Assembly (NCBI GenBank): GCA_030390025.1
Contig: CM059432.1
Location: 77,874,001 to 77,938,000, forward strand
Origin: Squalus acanthias
Lineage: Eukaryota
DNA length: 64,000 nt
Direction: 5' to 3'
Shown: positions 1 through 12,217 of the stretch, piece after piece
Numbering within the stretch: the stretch's first letter is position 1
Layout: every line of letters begins with the position of its first letter
The notes under the pieces: generated by a model
Told to the model about the DNA's origin: nothing
Database searches by the model: none
Seen by the model: the letters and a program-made list of their open reading frames with translations, nothing else
Made by a program: the position numbers and the translations under genes

Positions 1-146
1 AGTTGAGGGTAATCCATAACTCTTTAATTACTTAACAGTAAAACAAAACTTATAAACGACTGTATACTGTAGTTTTCAGAGTATGAATTCTGCCGGTTAT
101 TAGAGAATTCCGGATATTTAGGTGCCGTTTAAACGAGAGTTTCCTG
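1..146. mobile_element. Right end of a probable pogo/Tigger-like (Tc1/mariner) non-autonomous DNA transposon
   Basis: Ends ...ggtgccgtttaaacgagagtttcctg followed by TA. Resembles Tigger-type TIRs with a TA target. The left end lies outside the window. Confidence 0.45.
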
Positions 147-149
147 TAG

Positions 150-320
150 ATCAATTGTTAATTTTAAATCAGAGATTGATAGATTTTTGTTAACCAAAGG
201 TATTAAGGGATATGGGGCAAAGGCAGGTATATGGAGTTCGGTCACAGATCAGCCATGATCTCATTGAATGGCGAAACAGGCCCAAGGGGCTAAATGGCCT
301 ACTCCAGTTCTTATGTTCCC
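150..320 (+). mobile_element. CR1 LINE 3' end fragment
   Basis: cagatcagccatgatctcattgaatggcg...aatggcctactcc...ttatgttcc, the CR1 3' UTR motif seen in many copies in this window. Confidence 0.8.
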
Positions 321-339
321 TCTGCTCCTCTACACTAAA

Positions 340-3300
340 ATCATAGAATCATAGAAATTTACAGCACAGAAGGAGGCCATTTGACCCATCGTTTCTGTGC
401 CAGCCAAAAAAGAGGTATCCAGCCTAATCCCACTTTCCAGCTCTTGGTCCATAGCCTTGTAGGTTACAGCACTTCAAGTGCATATCCAAGTACTTTTTAA
501 ATGTGATGAGCACTTCTGCCTCCACCACCCTTTCAGGCAGCGAGTTCCAGACCCTACCACCCTCTGGGTGAAAAAAGTTCTCCTCAACTCCCCTCTAATC
601 CTTCTACCAATTACTTAAAGTCTATGCACCCTGGTTATTGACCTCTCTGCTAAGGGGAATAGGTCCTTCCTATCCACGCTTTCTTGGCCCCTCATAATTT
701 TATACACCTCAATCAAGTCTCCCCTCAGCCTCCTCTGTTCCAAAGAAAACAACCCCAGCCTATCCAATCTTTCCTCATAGCTAAAATTCTCCAGTCCTGG
801 CAACATCCTCGTTAATATCCTCTGTACCTTCTCTAATGCAATCATATCTTTCCTGTAATGTGACCAGAACTGTACGCAGTACTCTAGCTGTGGCCTAACT
901 AGTATTTTATACAGTTCAAGCATAACCTCCCTGCTCTTATATTCTGTGCTTCGGCAATAAAGCTAAGTATCCAGTATGCCTCTTAACCACCTTATCTACC
1001 TGTCCTGCAATCTTCATGGAACTGTGGACATGCACACCAAGGTCCCTCTGTTCCTCTACACTTCTCAGTATCCGACCATTTATTGTTTATTCCCTTGCCT
1101 CGTTATCCCTCCCCAAATGCATTACCACACACTTCTCTGGATTAAATTCCATTTGCCACTTTTCTGCCCACCTGATCAGTCCATTGATATCTTCCTGCAG
1201 TCTACAGCTTTCTTTCTCACGATCAACCACATGGCCAATTTATGGCTCATCTGCAATCTTCTTAATCATGCCCCCTACATTTAAGTCTAAATCATTGAAA
1301 GCAAGGGACCTAGTACTGAGCGCTGCGGAACCCCACTGGAAACAGTCTACCAATCACAAAAACATCCGTCGACCATTACCCTTTGCTTCCTGCCACTGAG
1401 CTAGTTTTGGATCCAACTTGCCACTTTCCCTTGGCATGGGCTTTTACTTTTCTGACTAGTCTGCCATGTGGGACCCTGTCAAAAGCCTTGCTAAAATCCA
1501 TGTAGACTACATTAAATGAACTACCCTCATCAACCCTCCTTGTTACCTCCTCAAAAAATTCAATCAAGTAAGTCAGACACGACCTTCCCTTAACAAATCC
1601 ATGCTGACTGTCCTTGATTAATCTGTGCCTTTCTAAATGACGATTAATACTGTTCCTCAGAAATGTTTCTAACAATTTGCCCACCACCGAGTTAGGGTGA
1701 TTGGCCTGTAATTACTCGGTCTATCCCTTTCTCCCTTTTTAAACATCGGTACAACGTTAGCAGTCCTCCAGCATCACACCTGTAGCCAGAGAGGATTTTA
1801 AAATCCTCAATGATGGCGAAGCCCAGCATGCAAGTGCAAAAGACAAGGCTAAAGCGTTTGCAACTATAGTCAGCCAGAAGTGCCGAGTGGATGATCCATA
1901 TCGGCCTACTCCCAACATCCCCACCATCACAGAAGCCAGTCTTCAGCCAATTCAATTCACTCCACGTGATATCAAGAAACAGCTGAGCGCACTGGATACA
2001 GCAAAGGCTTTGGGCCCCGACAACATCCTGGCTGTCGTACTGAAGACTTGTGCTCCAGAACTAGCCGCATCTCTAGCCAAGCTGTTCCAGTACAGCTACA
2101 ACACTGGCATCTACCGGACAATGTGGAAAACTGCCCAGATGAGGTGAGAGTGACTGCCCTTGACAACAAGGCAGCATTTAGCAGAGTGTGGCATCAAATA
2201 GGCCTACTAAAATTGAAGTCAATGGAAATCAGAGGGAAAACTTTCCACTGGCTGGAGTCATACCTAGCACAAAAGGAAGATGGTTGTGGTTATTGCAGGT
2301 AAACCATCTCAGCCCCAGGACATCACTGCAGGAGTTCCTCAGGGCAGTGTACTAGGCACAACCATCTTCAACTGCTTCATCAATGACCTTCCCTCCATCA
2401 TAAGGTCAGAAGTGGGGATGTTCGCTGATGATTGCAGTGTTCAGTTCCATTCGCAACTCCCCAGAAAATGAAGCAGAGCATGCCCGCATGCAGCAAGACC
2501 TGGACAACATTCAGGCTTGGGCTGATAACTGGCAAGTAACATTCGCACCACAAGTGCCAGGCAATTAATATTTCCAACAAGAGAGTCTAACCACTGCCCC
2601 TTGACATTTAACGACATTACCATCGCTGAATCCACCATCATCAACATCCTGTGGGGTCATTATTCACCAGAAACTTAACTGGACCAGACACATAAATACT
2701 GTGCCAGGAGAGCAGGTCAGAGGTTGGGTTTTCTGTGGCGAGTGTCTCACCTCCTGATTCCCCAAAGCCTTTCCACCATCTACAAGGCACAAGTCAGGAG
2801 TGTGATGGCATACTCTCCACTTGCCTGGATGAGTGCAGCTCCAACAACACTCAAGAAGCTCGACAGCATCCAGGACAAAGCAGCCCGCTTGATCAGCACC
2901 CCATCTACCACCTTAAATATTCACTCCCTCCACCACGGGCACACCGTGGCTGCAGTGTGTGCCATCTACAAGATGCACTGCAGCAACTCGCCAAGGCTCC
3001 TTCAACAGCACCTTCCAAACCCGCAACCTCTTCCACCTGGAAGGACAAGGGCAGCAGGTGCATTGGAAACACCACCACCTCCAAGATCCCCTCCAAGCCA
3101 CACACCATCCTGACTTGAAAATATAATCGGCATTCCTTCATCGTCGCCGAGTCAAAATCCTGGAACTCATTCGCTAATAGCACTGTGGGAATACTGTCAC
3201 CACGCGGACTGCAGCAGTTCAAGGCAGCAGCTCACCACCACTTTCTCAAGGCCAATTAGGGATGGACAATATATGCTGGTCAGAGACTCCGCTATTTCCT

Positions 3301-3470
3301 TCCTTGCTTCTCTTAACAGCCTGGAATACATTTTATCCAGGCCTGCCGATTTATCTACTTTCAGAGATGCTAAACTCCTTCATACTTCCTCTCTCACTAT
3401 GTTCATCTCATCTAATATTTCACACTCCTTCTCCTTAACTACAATGTCTGCATCGTCCCTCTCTTTGTGA
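340..3470 (-). mobile_element. CR1 LINE (RT to 3' end), interrupted at 1802-3273 by another LINE
   Basis: Minus ORFs with QHGFVKGRSCLT, YMDFSKAFDRVPH and LVRPQLEYCVQFWS...RRLRGDLIEVYKI. (atcataga)n tail at 340-356. CR1 sequence resumes at 3274-3470. Confidence 0.9.
1802..3273 (+). mobile_element. 5'-truncated copy of CR1-group LINE family B (possibly Zenon-like)
   Basis: [33 protein letters not shown] and MFADD motifs. Highly similar to 51871-55120. 235-bp internal deletion at 2138. Confidence 0.9.
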
Positions 3471-3479
3471 GTACCAGTG

Positions 3480-5655
3480 CAGTCTTCAACACTGTGGACA
3501 CCCTCCATTGTGTGGCACTACCACCGTGCTAAATGGGATAGATTCAGAACTGATCTAGCAGTTCAAAACTGGGTATCCACGAGGCTCTGTGGGCCATCAG
3601 CAGCGGCAGAATTGTATTCCACCACAATCTGTAACCTCATGGCCCGGCATATCCCTCATTCTACCATTACCATTAAGCCAGGAGAACAACCCTAGTTCAA
3701 TAAGGAGTGTAGAAGAGCATGCCAGGAGCAGCACCAGGCGTACCTAAAAATGAGGTGCCAACCTGGGGAAGCTGCAACACAGGACTACATGCATGCTAAA
3801 AAGCAGAAGCAGCATTCTATAGATAGGGCTAAGCAATCCCACAATCAACGGATCAGATCAAAGCTTTGCATTCCTGCCAGATCCAGTCGTGAATGGTGGT
3901 GGACCATGAAACAACTAACGGGAGGAGGAGGCTCCATGAATATCCCCATCCTCAATGATGGTGGAGACCAGCATGTGAGTGCAAAAGACAAGGCTGAAGC
4001 GTTTGCAACCATCTTCAGCCAGAAGTGCCGAGTGGATGATCCATATCGGCCTACTCCCGAGGTCCCCACCATCACAGAAGCCAGTCTTCAGCCAATTCGA
4101 TTCACTCCACGTGATATAAAGAAACTGAGCGCACTGGATACAACAAAGGCTATGGGCCCCGACAACATCCCGGCTATCGTGCTGAAGTCTTGTGCTCCAG
4201 AACTAGCCGCGCCTCTAGCCAAGCTGTTCCAGTACAGCTACAACACTAGTATCTATCAGACAATGTGGAAAACTGCCCAGGTATGTCCTGTCCACAAAAA
4301 GCAGGACAAATCCAATCCAGCCAATTACCGCCCCATCAGTCTACTCTCAATCATCAGCAAAGTGATGGAAGTTGTCATCGACAATGCTATCAAGCGGCAC
4401 TTACTCACCAATAACCTGCTCACTGATGCCCAGTTTGGGTTCTGCCAAGGCCACTCAGCTCTCGACCTCATTACAGCCTTGGTTCAAACATGGACAAAGG
4501 AGCTGAATTCCAGAGATGAGGTGAGAGTGACTGTCCTTGACATCAAGGCAGCATTTGACCAAGTATGGCATCAAGGAGCCCTAGTAAAACTGAAGTCAAT
4601 GGGAATCGGGGGTGAAAACTCTCCACTGGCTGGAGTCATACCTAGCACAAAGGAAGATGGTTGTGGTGGTTGAAGGTCAATCCTCACAGCCCCAGGACAT
4701 CGCTGCTGGAGTTCCTCAGGGCAGTGTCCGAGGCCCAACCATCTTCAGCTGCTTCACTCCAACATAAGGTCAGAAACGGGGATGTTCGTTGATGACTGTA
4801 GTGTTCAATGCCATTCACAACTCCTCAGATAATGAAGCAGTCCATGCCAGCATGCAACAACACCTGGATGACGTTCAGGCTTGGGCTGATAAGTGGCAGG
4901 TAACATTCGTGCCAGGCAATGACTATCTCCATCAAGCGAGAGTCTAACCACCGCCCCTTGACATTCAATGGCATTAGAATCACAGAATCCCCCACCATCA
5001 ACATCCTGGGGGTCACCATTGACCAGAAACTTAACTGGACCAGCCACATAAATACTGTGGCAACAAGAGCAGGTCAAAGGCTAGGTATTCTGCGGCGAAT
5101 GTCTCACCTCCTGACTCCCCAAAGCCTTTCCACATGGCACAAGTAAGGAGTGTGATGGAATACTCTCCACTTGCTTGGATGAGTGCAGCTCTAACAACAC
5201 TCAAGAAGCTCGACACCATCCAGGACAAAGCAGCCCGCTTGATTGGCACCCCAGCCACCACCTTAAACATTTACTCCCTCCACCACTGGCATACCGTGGC
5301 TGCAGTGTGTACCATCTACAAGATGCACTGCAGCAACTCGCCAAGGCGTCTTCGGCAGCACCTCCTAAACCCGCGACCTCTACCACCTAGGTCAAGGGCA
5401 GCAGGCGCATGGGAACACCAGCACCTCCAAATTCCCCTCCAAGTCACACACCATACTGACTCAGAAGTATATCGCCGATCCTTAATCGTCGCTGGGTCAA
5501 AATCCTGGAACACCCTCCCTAACAGCACTGTGGGAGTACCTTCACCACACAGACTGCAGCGGTTCACCACCACCTTCTCAAGGGCAATTATAGGATGGGC
5601 AATAAATGCTGGCCTTGCAAGCGACGCCAACATCCCACAAACGAATAAAAAAAAA
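3480..5655 (+). mobile_element. 5'-truncated copy of LINE family B
   Basis: 307-aa ORF with NPANYRPISLL, QFGF and LDIKAAFDQVWH. 3' end gggcaataaatgctggccttgc...aataaaaaaa. Confidence 0.92.
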
Positions 5656-7783
5656 TGGATATGTAGAGAAGAATTCCAGCCAACAGAATTATTGCTGTTT
5701 GAATTAACTATTTCAAAAAAGAGCTTAGCAAATATCCAGTTAAGGATGTCATTGGAAATTATAGGGCAAGTACAGAGTGAAATAATGAAATAGTTTAAGA
5801 AACATCAAGATTCCTGCAGTGGTAGCCCTCGGTATGTAGCCTGCGGAGTGCAACTGGCCAGTGTTGAATGGTGGAGGTGTAAGGATTAACTAATTTTTTT
5901 TTTAAGCTTTGTTTGACTGGCTTGGGGGATCAGGGACTACTGATTCAGAACTTTCCCTTCAAGAGATTAAAGAGATAGCGTACAGATCAGGTATAATATA
6001 AAGGTTGGAATGTACTTGACCTGTGGGATAAACAGGCTCGACAGGCTGACTGATCTTTTCTTGTTCAACGTTTCTCATGTTTTTAGTTCAGGACCCAAGC
6101 CAATAAAATGTACTTAATTTTTGGAGCGCCAGGATCAGCGTTGGAAAGGACCCTATTCACCATAATGAGCGGATCCCAATGGGCCTCTTCCCAAATGTTG
6201 TGCAACTAGATTTTGTCCTGTTTGTAGATCCAATGTCAGGTGTCCAGCAGTTGCCTTTTCACTGCAGCAAGTTATAATTTATCCTGAAAGATTGCAGACT
6301 TAAAGATTTAAAAAAAACATATTTGTGTGTGTGTGTGTGTGTGTGTGGGGGGAGAGGAAAACAGGGGAATATTGTAGATCAATAACAATATCTCCCTCCA
6401 CCACAGTATTGTCTCCTTTGTTGTCTGTAGTTACATTCCATTTCATTATTTAGAGCAGTATTAAAACTCACCATAGATTTCAACAGTAGTGAAGTCATTA
6501 ACAACTGAGCAGCATATCAGCCCATGAATTTTATTTCAGCTGGGATAATTTTGACTATAAAAACTGAATACTGTTCATCTATAAAGAATATTTAATTTAC
6601 AAGTATAATCTGTGCTTTGGGTATTCAATACGCTTTCCTTTTCCATGAACTTTGTGAGTTGTACAATCTGACAGTGTAGCATGTTGGAATGCCAAAGGCA
6701 TTAATCCATTGGAACTGAGGTAATTAGAGATAATCCTATACAAATGAGCCTTCTCAGTTTCATCTCCTCATTCCATAATTACTATATTTGTCAATTTGGA
6801 TAAGTGAAAGCCTACCTCCATCACAAATGCATCTCCAAGCAGAAAAAAGGCCACCTCAAAAATTTATAATTGCCCAAATGAAAGGGAAGACTCAAGTCAC
6901 CCTAACATCAGACATTACTATTGGACAGTTCAGCTCTAGCGGATTGCCAGCAGGGAAGTAGCCTCCCCACGCAAACCTTTGGTGTGATTGGAAATCCACA
7001 TGAAGGCTTCTGGGAGTGGTCGTTCAATTGCTTAATTATGTTACATCAGCCTCATGGTACAATTGTGCTCTTTGTGCATGCACTGTAATTAAAGGAGAGC
7101 TGCATGGTAGCTCATGAAAGTTGTACTACAGCTTTCAATATGTCGGGCCTCATCTGGGCAGGCTGCGTTATTATACATTAGGGGAGGGTGAACCTAACAT
7201 CAAGGATGTTCATGAGGCACTGCAGGTTGGTCTGTGCATGTGGATGAAGAGTGATTGGAAGATGGGATGGATTTGTTCCTCAAATTACTGAATTCTGTAT
7301 ATATTATAGTTATAAATTTTAGGAATTTATAGTGAGGTGTGTAAGGAACTGCCCTGGCTTGGAAATTTGTAATAGTAGAATACGTTTCAAAACACAAAAA
7401 TGACCAGAAATAACTGCAGAACTGTCTCTCATATTTGATCTGTCGATGTTCTGAAGTGAAATGACTGTGGCTTGTGGTTCCATGGTCTGATTGGTTGAAA
7501 AGGCTCTAAAATGTTAGATGTACATTCATAAAGTCACAAACAACTTCCTTCTTATCCTCTTTGTCTAATCTGATTTTTAGAAAAAATGAGTATAATGAAA
7601 ACGTCAGCTATTTTGCTTACAAGATCTATACAAGATGATCCCACCAAGAAAAAAAAATGGACTACTGTATGTCAGTCTTTCAACTAAATGTCAATAAATT
7701 TTAATTTTAGACTTGAGAAAGTACATAATTTTGCTTAAAAAATACAATGAAATAGTACACCGTAATCATTTGAACTAACTTAC

Positions 7784-7847
7784 CGTTCGTTAATCTGTCA
7801 AAAAGAAAGATGTCAAAATTCCAACTTCCATCCTTTTCCAGCATACA
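7784..7847 (-). CDS. PDE7A: PDE7A coding exon (exon 5 equivalent), 64 bp, [21 protein letters not shown](G), start of catalytic domain
   Basis: ctttcag|TGTATG...AACG|gtaagt. Human is [22 protein letters not shown]. Phase 0 to 1. Confidence 0.95.
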
Positions 7848-8094
7848 CTGAAAGCACAAGCAAAATTAATAATGCTTGAAAAAAAGTCCTTGCAAACTGA
7901 AATTCATTTTTAAAGAAGTTTAAAAAAATATCAATTAACTTTTAATTCTGTGTTATCACCAAAAGTGTCTGTTCAAGTCCAGAAGATTTTCCACATACCA
8001 CTGGGGGAACCTGGCTATCAGGTCAGACAGGTCAAATGGTGGAGGCTTGGGGGGCAGGGGGGAAAGAGGGAAAAAGAAAGAGCATGTGTGTGGA

Positions 8095-10255
8095 ATATAA
8101 ACTTACCTTTAAGACATTTAGACATGAATGACTTCATGATATCAGTGATACCATCCTTCCATTCCCAAAAGCTTGAAAAAGCATATTTTCCAACTGAACC
8201 CAAAGTGGTGAACAAGCATGACATAAGTGGGCCGGTACAAATGAAAGGCAAGTTCTTGGTATGTAGAATACGATCCAGATTCAAAGAGAGTGACAGACCG
8301 TACCAAGCAGATAGGCAATTTTAGTTCCACCTTTCTTTGAATCCCCCAAAATACCATTGAAAACTGACCTAATAAAGGTTCTGGTGGAGAAGTCTCTTTT
8401 GGCCTTGAATAAGTGGCACCAAGCCCAGTTATGGCAAGGTATTAAGTTACTCCACAAAGCTGCTTTATAAATACGATCCACTGAAATGCTTTTGACTTCA
8501 GAGAATGATATTTGATGGGCCGTGAAGGTTTCCTCTTTAAAGGGTGGCAACAGTGGAAATGTATTCCACCATTCGTGCCACACAAGTGCCAGGCAATGTC
8601 CATCTCCAACAAGAGATAGTCTAAACACCTCCCTGTGACATTCAACGGCATTACCATCATCGAATCCCCCACCATACATATCCTTGGGTCACCACTGACC
8701 AGAAACTTAACTGGACCAGATGCATAAATACTGTGGCTACAAGAGCAGGTCAGAGGCTGCATATTCTGTGGCGAGTGACTCACCTCCTGACTCCCCAAAG
8801 CCTTTCCATCACCTACAAGGCACAAGTCAGGAGTGTGATGGAATACTCTCCACTTGCCTGGATGAGTGCAGCTCCAACAAAACTCAATAAGCTCGACAAC
8901 ATCCAAGACAAAGCAGCCCGCTTGATCAGCACCCCGTCCACCACCTTAAACATTCACTCCTTCCACTAATGTGGCTGCAGTGTGTACCATCTACAAGATG
9001 CACTGCAGCAACTCACCAAGGCTTCTTCGACAACACCTCCCAAACCCAAGACCTCTACCACCTGAAGGACTAGGGCAGCAAGCGCATGGGAACACCACCA
9101 CCTCCAAGTTCTCCGCCAAGTCACACACCAAGACTTGGAAATATACTGCTGTTCCTTCATCGTCACTGGGTCAAAATCCTGGAACTCCCTACCTAACAGC
9201 ACTGTGGGAGTACCTTCACCACATACTGCAGCGATTCAAGGCGGCGGCTCACCAACCACCTTCTCAAGGGCCATAAATGCTGGCCTTGCCAGTGATGCCC
9301 ACATCCCGTAAATGAATAAATAAAAAAACAAATAAGTTGGTGTCTGCTTGGAGATGGCTATACACATTGCCAAGACCTATGGAAAGATTTAGTACGATTC
9401 TCACAAAATGTCAAAATGCTACAGGCATCAACATCGTGGAAATGGTGACCACCTCAGAAGGATGAGCAGTGGAAGGGTGGAATCTGTACTCCCTGCTAAA
9501 GATGGGATTGGGAAACAATCTTAGGTAGGAATCTAGTACAAGGTCAGCTATATTTTTGTGCCATGTCATATAGGCCTGCAACTGAATAAACCTTCTAGCT
9601 GAAAACAGGTGGTTTGTAAGGAACCCAAGATCACACAAATTGATGGGCACAAAGGTCAGATTATTCAGATGAAGATCCCAAACGCAATAATTGGGAATGA
9701 AATTGGGCTTGACTTTTAAATATGATTCATGAACCGTAAGAAAAGACAGTGGTCACCCCACAGCTAGATAAAAAGCTTGCTCTATGCTAAATGGTTTCAG
9801 CTTCATGGCCACTCAAACGATATTCTAAACTCGAGAGAATGTCAAGACTGTATCAAGATACTTTGAAGAACACCAAATTGTGTATACATATAGGTATAAT
9901 CTCATGAGGGATTTCTGACAGTTGCTACAACTATTAGAGCAAAGTGCACCTTGAATGCAATTCCCTGGCTTTCAAGACCCAAACCATCAAACAGAGATTC
10001 ACTCGGTCTCAAATGAAGGATTTGTACCAACAGCAGACAGCTGCACTTTTCTAGGCAAGAGTGAGATCAAAGAGCCACTGCTTAACTCCAGATTGCCAGC
10101 AATCATGTCTTCCACTGTCACCAGAGGGTTACCATAATGACTGTGGCTTTTTCTGCCCAAAACTTCGAAGGGGAGAACTACAATGGCTTAATTGCTAACT
10201 GTACACCCTAGTGTTGGAACTGAGTCAGATTCAACTCACTTATTGTCCCCAAGTT
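8095..10255 (-). mobile_element. Degenerate DIRS1-type tyrosine-recombinase retrotransposon relic (ORF2 tail plus YR), split by a LINE at 8570-9328
   Basis: Minus-strand translations across stops and frameshifts give KFWAEKATVIMVTLW*QWKT*, LMVWVLKARELHSR, SFLTVHESYLKVKPNFIP..DLHLN and FTAHQISFSEVKSISVDRIYKAALWSN...TFIRSVF. These resemble DIRS motifs in the correct order (VILIAPxWPxRxW, LxAWxL, VLRPxPxFLPK..FHLN, AHSTR..ICKAAxWS). Confidence 0.65.
8570..9328 (+). mobile_element. 3' fragment of LINE family B
   Basis: YKAQVRSVMEYSPLAW motif and the family B 3' tail with A-rich end. Confidence 0.9.
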
Positions 10256-10334
10256 ATTAACTAGATATGAAATAAAAACAGAAAATGCTGGAAATACTCA
10301 GCAGGTCAGGCAGCATCTGTGGAGAGAGAAACAG

Positions 10335-10371
10335 AGTTAACGTTTCAGGTCGATGACCCTTCGTCAGAACT
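10335..10371 (-). ncRNA. Minimal type I hammerhead ribozyme motif (PLE family 1)
   Basis: AGUU-CUGACGA-A-GGGUC(AUC)GACCU-GAAAC-GUU-AACU: intact core, stems I and II, and a palindromic loop-less stem III. Confidence 0.8.
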
Positions 10372-10487
10372 GGAAAAAGTTGGAGATGGAACAGGTTTTT
10401 AAGCAAGTATAGGGGCAGGGAAAAGGGGGAGGGGAGGAAAGAACAAAAGGGAAGGTCTGCGATAGGATGGAAGGCAGGAGAGATTAA

Positions 10488-10825
10488 GGGCGTGATCTTG
10501 CCAGCCCTGGGGAGGCGGGTATGGAGGCGGGACTGCCGGGAAAATGGCAGAATCTGGGGGCAGGTGCCCATCCTGCCCCCAACCCACCTCTGTACCATCT
10601 TCCCAGGAGGCGGGTAGCCAACCCGCACCTGGTCCCGTCTCCTGGAGGCGGGAAGGGGATTACAGCCACTTAACTGCCTGTTAACAGGTAGTTACCAGGC
10701 AGTTAAGAGGATTATCCCCATTTTTCCAAGAGAAGCGCGGGCTTCCCGATGTCGGGAAACCCCACCAGGGTCACCGAGGCGAGCAGTCCCGTCTCCAACG
10801 CGCCCCCATTGGCAAAATCGCCCCT
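10488..10825. mobile_element. PIF/Harbinger-type MITE inserted in the Penelope element
   Basis: Imperfect TIRs GGGCGTGATCTTGCCA / TGGCAAAATCGCCCC. TAA on both sides. Removing it restores host gagattaagagac. Confidence 0.8.
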
Positions 10826-11682
10826 TAAGAGACAAAAGGGATGATGGTGCAAGGCAAAAGGAGATAGTAATGGGACAAGTTAAGAAACAAAAGATGACTC
10901 TAGATGATGTGTAAATGCCAATGGCAGAATGATCGACAGCTGCCATGTGAGAGAGAGAGAAAAAAAAATGGAAAAAAAAAATAGGGCAGAGGTTATGGTC
11001 TGAAATTGTTGAACTCGATGTTGAGTCCAGAAGGCTGTAAAGTGCCTAATCGAAAGATGAGGTGCTGTTTCTTGAGCTTCATTGGAACAGTGTAAGAGGC
11101 CGAGGACGGAGAGGTCAGAGTGGGAGTGAAGCGGAGAATTAAAGTGACAGGCGACCGGAAGCTCGGGGTCACCCTTATGGACTGAACGGAGGTATTCCGC
11201 AAAGCGGTCACCCAATCCGCGTTTGGTCTCCCCAATGTAGAGGAGACCGCATCGTGAGCAGCAAATACAGTATACTAAATTGCAAGTAGTACAAGTAAAT
11301 CGCTGTTTCACCTGGAAGGAGTGTTTGGGGCACCTCCCCGCATCTAGGGAAGATTGGAAAATTATGGCAAGACCTTCTGCTATCTCCTCCCCCAATTCCC
11401 TTAGCAATCTGGGATGCAAGCCATCTGGACCAGCCGACTTATCCACTCTAAGCATACCCCAGAGGTGTCTCAAAATGGCCAGAATGAGTCAGCACCATAT
11501 TGTCCAGCCCAAGTGTTTCTAGCAGTCACTGATCAGCAGTTTCCTGGTAGTGTGTGTGTGAAAGCAGGTGTCCTACCCTGCTTATTGATGTAATGAGCTG
11601 GCGTTATCCACCTAGAGACGGTCTATTGCCACCAGCTGGGTTAATAGTAACCAATTTTGAAACCTGTGGTTAAGAAGGTTCA

Positions 11683-11886
11683 CAGAAAATGCTGGAAATA
11701 CTCAGCAGGTAGGCAGCATCTGTGGAGAGAGAAATAAAATTAACATTTCAGCTTGATGGCCATCCAAAAGGTTATTGATCTGAAATGTTAACTTTGTTTC
11801 ACAGGATTTAAAATTGGTTGCTATTAACCCAGCATTTTCTGTTTTTATTTCAGATTTCCAGCATCTGCAGTATTTTGCTTTTGTTG
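11683..11886. mobile_element. Short inverted-repeat Penelope terminal-repeat insertion
   Basis: Two opposed arms of the PLE family 1 terminal repeat. 10-bp TSD agaaggttca (11673-11682 / 11887-11896). Confidence 0.75.
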
Positions 11887-12217
11887 AGAAGGTTCAATTG
11901 AGAGACTTCATAAGTAATTCCATATTGAGATTATAATTATGATCTCTATCAGAGAGAGGTTGTGAAGATTGCATTTTGTCGATATCTGATTCCCCTCCCA
12001 TAGAATGTTGCAGTATAATCTCACAGAAGACCTTTCCCAGGGGTGTCTCAAAATGGCCACCCCATAAAAGTCCCCTAGTGTCACAGTCATGATGAGGGTC
12101 AAGAAGAATTTCAGTTGATCACACTTCATCACCCCCCTCCAGGCTAGATTCTAAAATGAGCCCCTCATTAACAGGAGGAGAGGAGAGGGGAGGCGATGCG
12201 GGTGACTGGAGCAGAAT

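Larger units (their letters stand above)
10265..11333 (-). mobile_element. Penelope-like element 3' portion (GIY-YIG endonuclease plus terminal repeat with hammerhead)
   Basis: FTCTTCNLVYCICCSRCGLLYIGETKR...GTLQPSGLNIEF. Terminal repeat shared with the copies at 11683, 29523, 35284 and 46252. Confidence 0.9.

Noticed and set aside
976..1399. Antisense ORFs over CR1 and family B LINEs throughout the window
   Set aside because: Shadow frames of reverse transcriptase coding sequence with no independent evidence.
8018..9650. Endogenous viral element or extra host exon
   Set aside because: Motif order fits a DIRS ORF2 tail plus tyrosine recombinase better, and there is no PDE7A similarity.
11457..12059. 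~24-bp direct repeat (cccagRggtgtctcaaaatggcca) about 580 bp apart
   Set aside because: Real, but I could not tie it to an element or function.
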